The notes below the pieces were generated by a model, which worked only from the letters and a program-made list of their open reading frames with translations, searched no databases and was not told the DNA's origin. From contig CAZJSO010000005.1 of assembly GCA_964548795.1 (NCBI GenBank), forward strand, positions 1 through 35,143: DNA of 35,143 bases, given 5' to 3'. The stretch is from an uncultured Dehalococcoidia bacterium (GTDB taxonomy: Bacteria; Chloroflexota; Dehalococcoidia; SZUA-161; SpSt-899). Below are positions 33,851 to 35,143 of this stretch, piece by piece (positions within the stretch are counted from its first letter, which is position 1; each line of letters opens with the position of its first letter). A program made the translations under genes and the position numbers.

Positions 33851-34600
33851 CTAATATCCAAATCTTCTGGTCTCCCGCAAAAGCTGGTTTAGGAGGCGAG
33901 CCTCGAGTCTAAGTCCCTCCTCCAGCGGGAGGTCCAGCCCCTGGACAATGGCTCGCTTGGCCGCTCGCAGCGCAAGTGGTTTCCAAGAAGCCAGTTTCTG
34001 CGCCAGCGCTCGAGCGGTGACAAGAAGCTGATCTCGAGGAACTACCCGATTTATCAGGCCAAGGCGCCAGGCTTCCCGGGCGTCAATGAGATCCCCGGTC
34101 AGTATAAATTTGGATGCCCTTCCTACCCCTATTAATCTGCTTGCCATCTGTGTGCCTCCGGCGGGGGGAATCATCCCCAGGTTAATCTCCGGGAGGCCGA
34201 AGCGAGCGTCATCGGAGGCAAGGCGGATATCGCAGCACATCGCCATCTCTATCCCGGCGCCGATGGCGAAGCCGTGAATGGCGGCTATGAGCGGCTTATC
34301 GATGTTCAGGAACGTTCTCCAGAGCTCCCGCTCCAGGTGAACCTGGCGGGCGATGACCTGGGAAGGGGCGGTGCCGAACTCGGTGATGTCTGCTCCGGCG
34401 GAGAAGGCTCGCTCCCCCGCCCCTTTGATTATGCACACCCTTACCTCCGGGTCGTCTTGGATGGCGGGCAGGAGCTCATAGAGCTCATCCCTCATCTCGA
34501 CATTCACCGTATTAAGCTGCTGGGGCCGATTGAGCGTAATGTAGGCCAGGCCGTTTTCTTTCTCGTAGAGGAGGGTCTCAAACGCCCTATCTTCCCTCAA
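33851..34600 (-). CDS. Enoyl-CoA hydratase/isomerase (crotonase) family protein
   Basis: Contains ITLNRPQQLNT, GAGERAFSAGADI and AIHGFAIGAGIEMAMCCDIRLA. I prefer the TTG at 34600 because AGGGAGG lies 6 nt upstream. The ATG at 34651 would add an Arg-rich 17 aa read from the upstream gene's 3' end. Confidence 0.85.
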   Translation of the reverse strand: MREDRAFETLLYEKENGLAYITLNRPQQLNTVNVEMRDELYELLPAIQDDPEVRVCIIKGAGERAFSAGADITEFGTAPSQVIARQVHLERELWRTFLNIDKPLIAAIHGFAIGAGIEMAMCCDIRLASDDARFGLPEINLGMIPPAGGTQMASRLIGVGRASKFILTGDLIDAREAWRLGLINRVVPRDQLLVTARALAQKLASWKPLALRAAKRAIVQGLDLPLEEGLRLEARLLNQLLRETRRFGY

Positions 34601-35143
34601 AGCGCGCCTCCCTCTTCTCCAGGAAGGCCTTGATGCCCTCGGCTCGGTCATGAGTGCTCTGAAGGATAACGTGGAGGTCGGCCTCCAGTCTTAACCCCTG
34701 CTCCAGACTCAGATCCAACCCCTTGTTTATGGCCTCCTTGGCATACCTTAAGGCAATGGGGCCTTTGGAGGCTAGCTTCTGCGCTAGCTTATCGGTCTCG
34801 GCCTGAAGTTCGTCCGCTGGGGTAACCTGGCTTACCAGCCCAAGGTGGTGGGCCTGTTCAGCACTGATCAGGTCAGCGGTAAGAATGAGCTCCAGGGCCT
34901 TACCTCGGCCCACAATTCGGGGCAGCCGCTGTGTTCCCCCGCCTCCAGGAATCAGTCCCTTGGAAATCTCGGGGAAGCCAAACCTGGCCCCTTTTGCCGC
35001 CAGGCGGATGTCCCCCGCCAGGGCCAGCTCCAGTCCACCTCCCAACGCATCCCCGTTAAGGGCCACGATCACCGGCGTGGCCAGAGAAGCTATAGCCTTC
35101 GAGGCCAGCCCGGATGGGGGGAGAGGCTCCAGCTCATCGAGGC
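34587..35143 (-). CDS. Enoyl-CoA hydratase/isomerase family protein, C-terminal part; the gene runs off the right edge
   Basis: The reading frame stays open to the window edge (..LDELEPLPPSGLASKAIASLATPVIVALNGDALGGGLELALAGDIRLA..). The GTG 'start' in the ORF track is internal. Confidence 0.85.
   Translation of the reverse strand, partial: LDELEPLPPSGLASKAIASLATPVIVALNGDALGGGLELALAGDIRLAAKGARFGFPEISKGLIPGGGGTQRLPRIVGRGKALELILTADLISAEQAHHLGLVSQVTPADELQAETDKLAQKLASKGPIALRYAKEAINKGLDLSLEQGLRLEADLHVILQSTHDRAEGIKAFLEKREARFEGR

Noticed and set aside
1-35143. A search by eye for CRISPR repeats, transposase or integrase genes, inverted terminal repeats, toxin-antitoxin pairs, restriction-modification or other defence genes, and tRNA-adjacent island boundaries
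   Set aside because: I recognised none. Every ORF longer than about 90 aa that is not a shadow ORF has a housekeeping or metabolic assignment. The tRNA-Gly is flanked by conserved core genes, not by an integrase. A computational repeat search was not possible here.

Overview
This is a densely coding bacterial chromosomal segment, roughly nine-tenths coding by the coordinates below, with moderate GC (not computed). I could not recognise any rRNA, CRISPR array, transposase, integrase, phage gene or known defence gene. The backbone is housekeeping. On the minus strand lie nusA-ylxR-infB-rbfA-truB followed by tRNA-Gly(UCC). Also present are prfB (with its programmed +1 frameshift, which the ORF track splits into two ORFs), nfi, cvpA, gyrA, argF and der-plsY-gpsA.

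Four accessory-looking blocks are interleaved with this backbone:
- Anaerobic redox/acyl-CoA cluster (6.3-13.4 kb): a divergent aldehyde:ferredoxin-oxidoreductase (AOR)-family protein plus a 16-Cys polyferredoxin, a divergently transcribed acyl-CoA dehydrogenase, and a canonical AOR plus an alpha-only ADP-forming acyl-CoA synthetase.
- Inositol-lipid-type operon (14.1-17.2 kb): ino1, a GT4 glycosyltransferase and a CDP-alcohol phosphatidyltransferase. It is preceded by a 385-bp ORF-free leader and by a 46-aa zinc-ribbon gene missed by the ORF track.
- ECF sigma / anti-sigma / triple-DUF5666 operon (25.3-27.9 kb).
- Acyl-CoA ligase, sirtuin and two crotonases (31.4-35.1 kb).

Many genes are translationally coupled through ATGA, GTGA, TTGA or TAATG overlaps and use GTG or TTG starts. 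The gene content includes a short 584-aa IF2, DUF5679/5666/5667-type proteins, several AORs and an ADP-forming synthetase. This suggests an anaerobic Chloroflexota (Dehalococcoidia-like) genome, but that is inference only. None of the findings is a clear-cut new system. The best candidates for undescribed biology are the divergent AOR1-polyferredoxin module, the sigma/anti-sigma/DUF5666 operon and the long ino1 leader.
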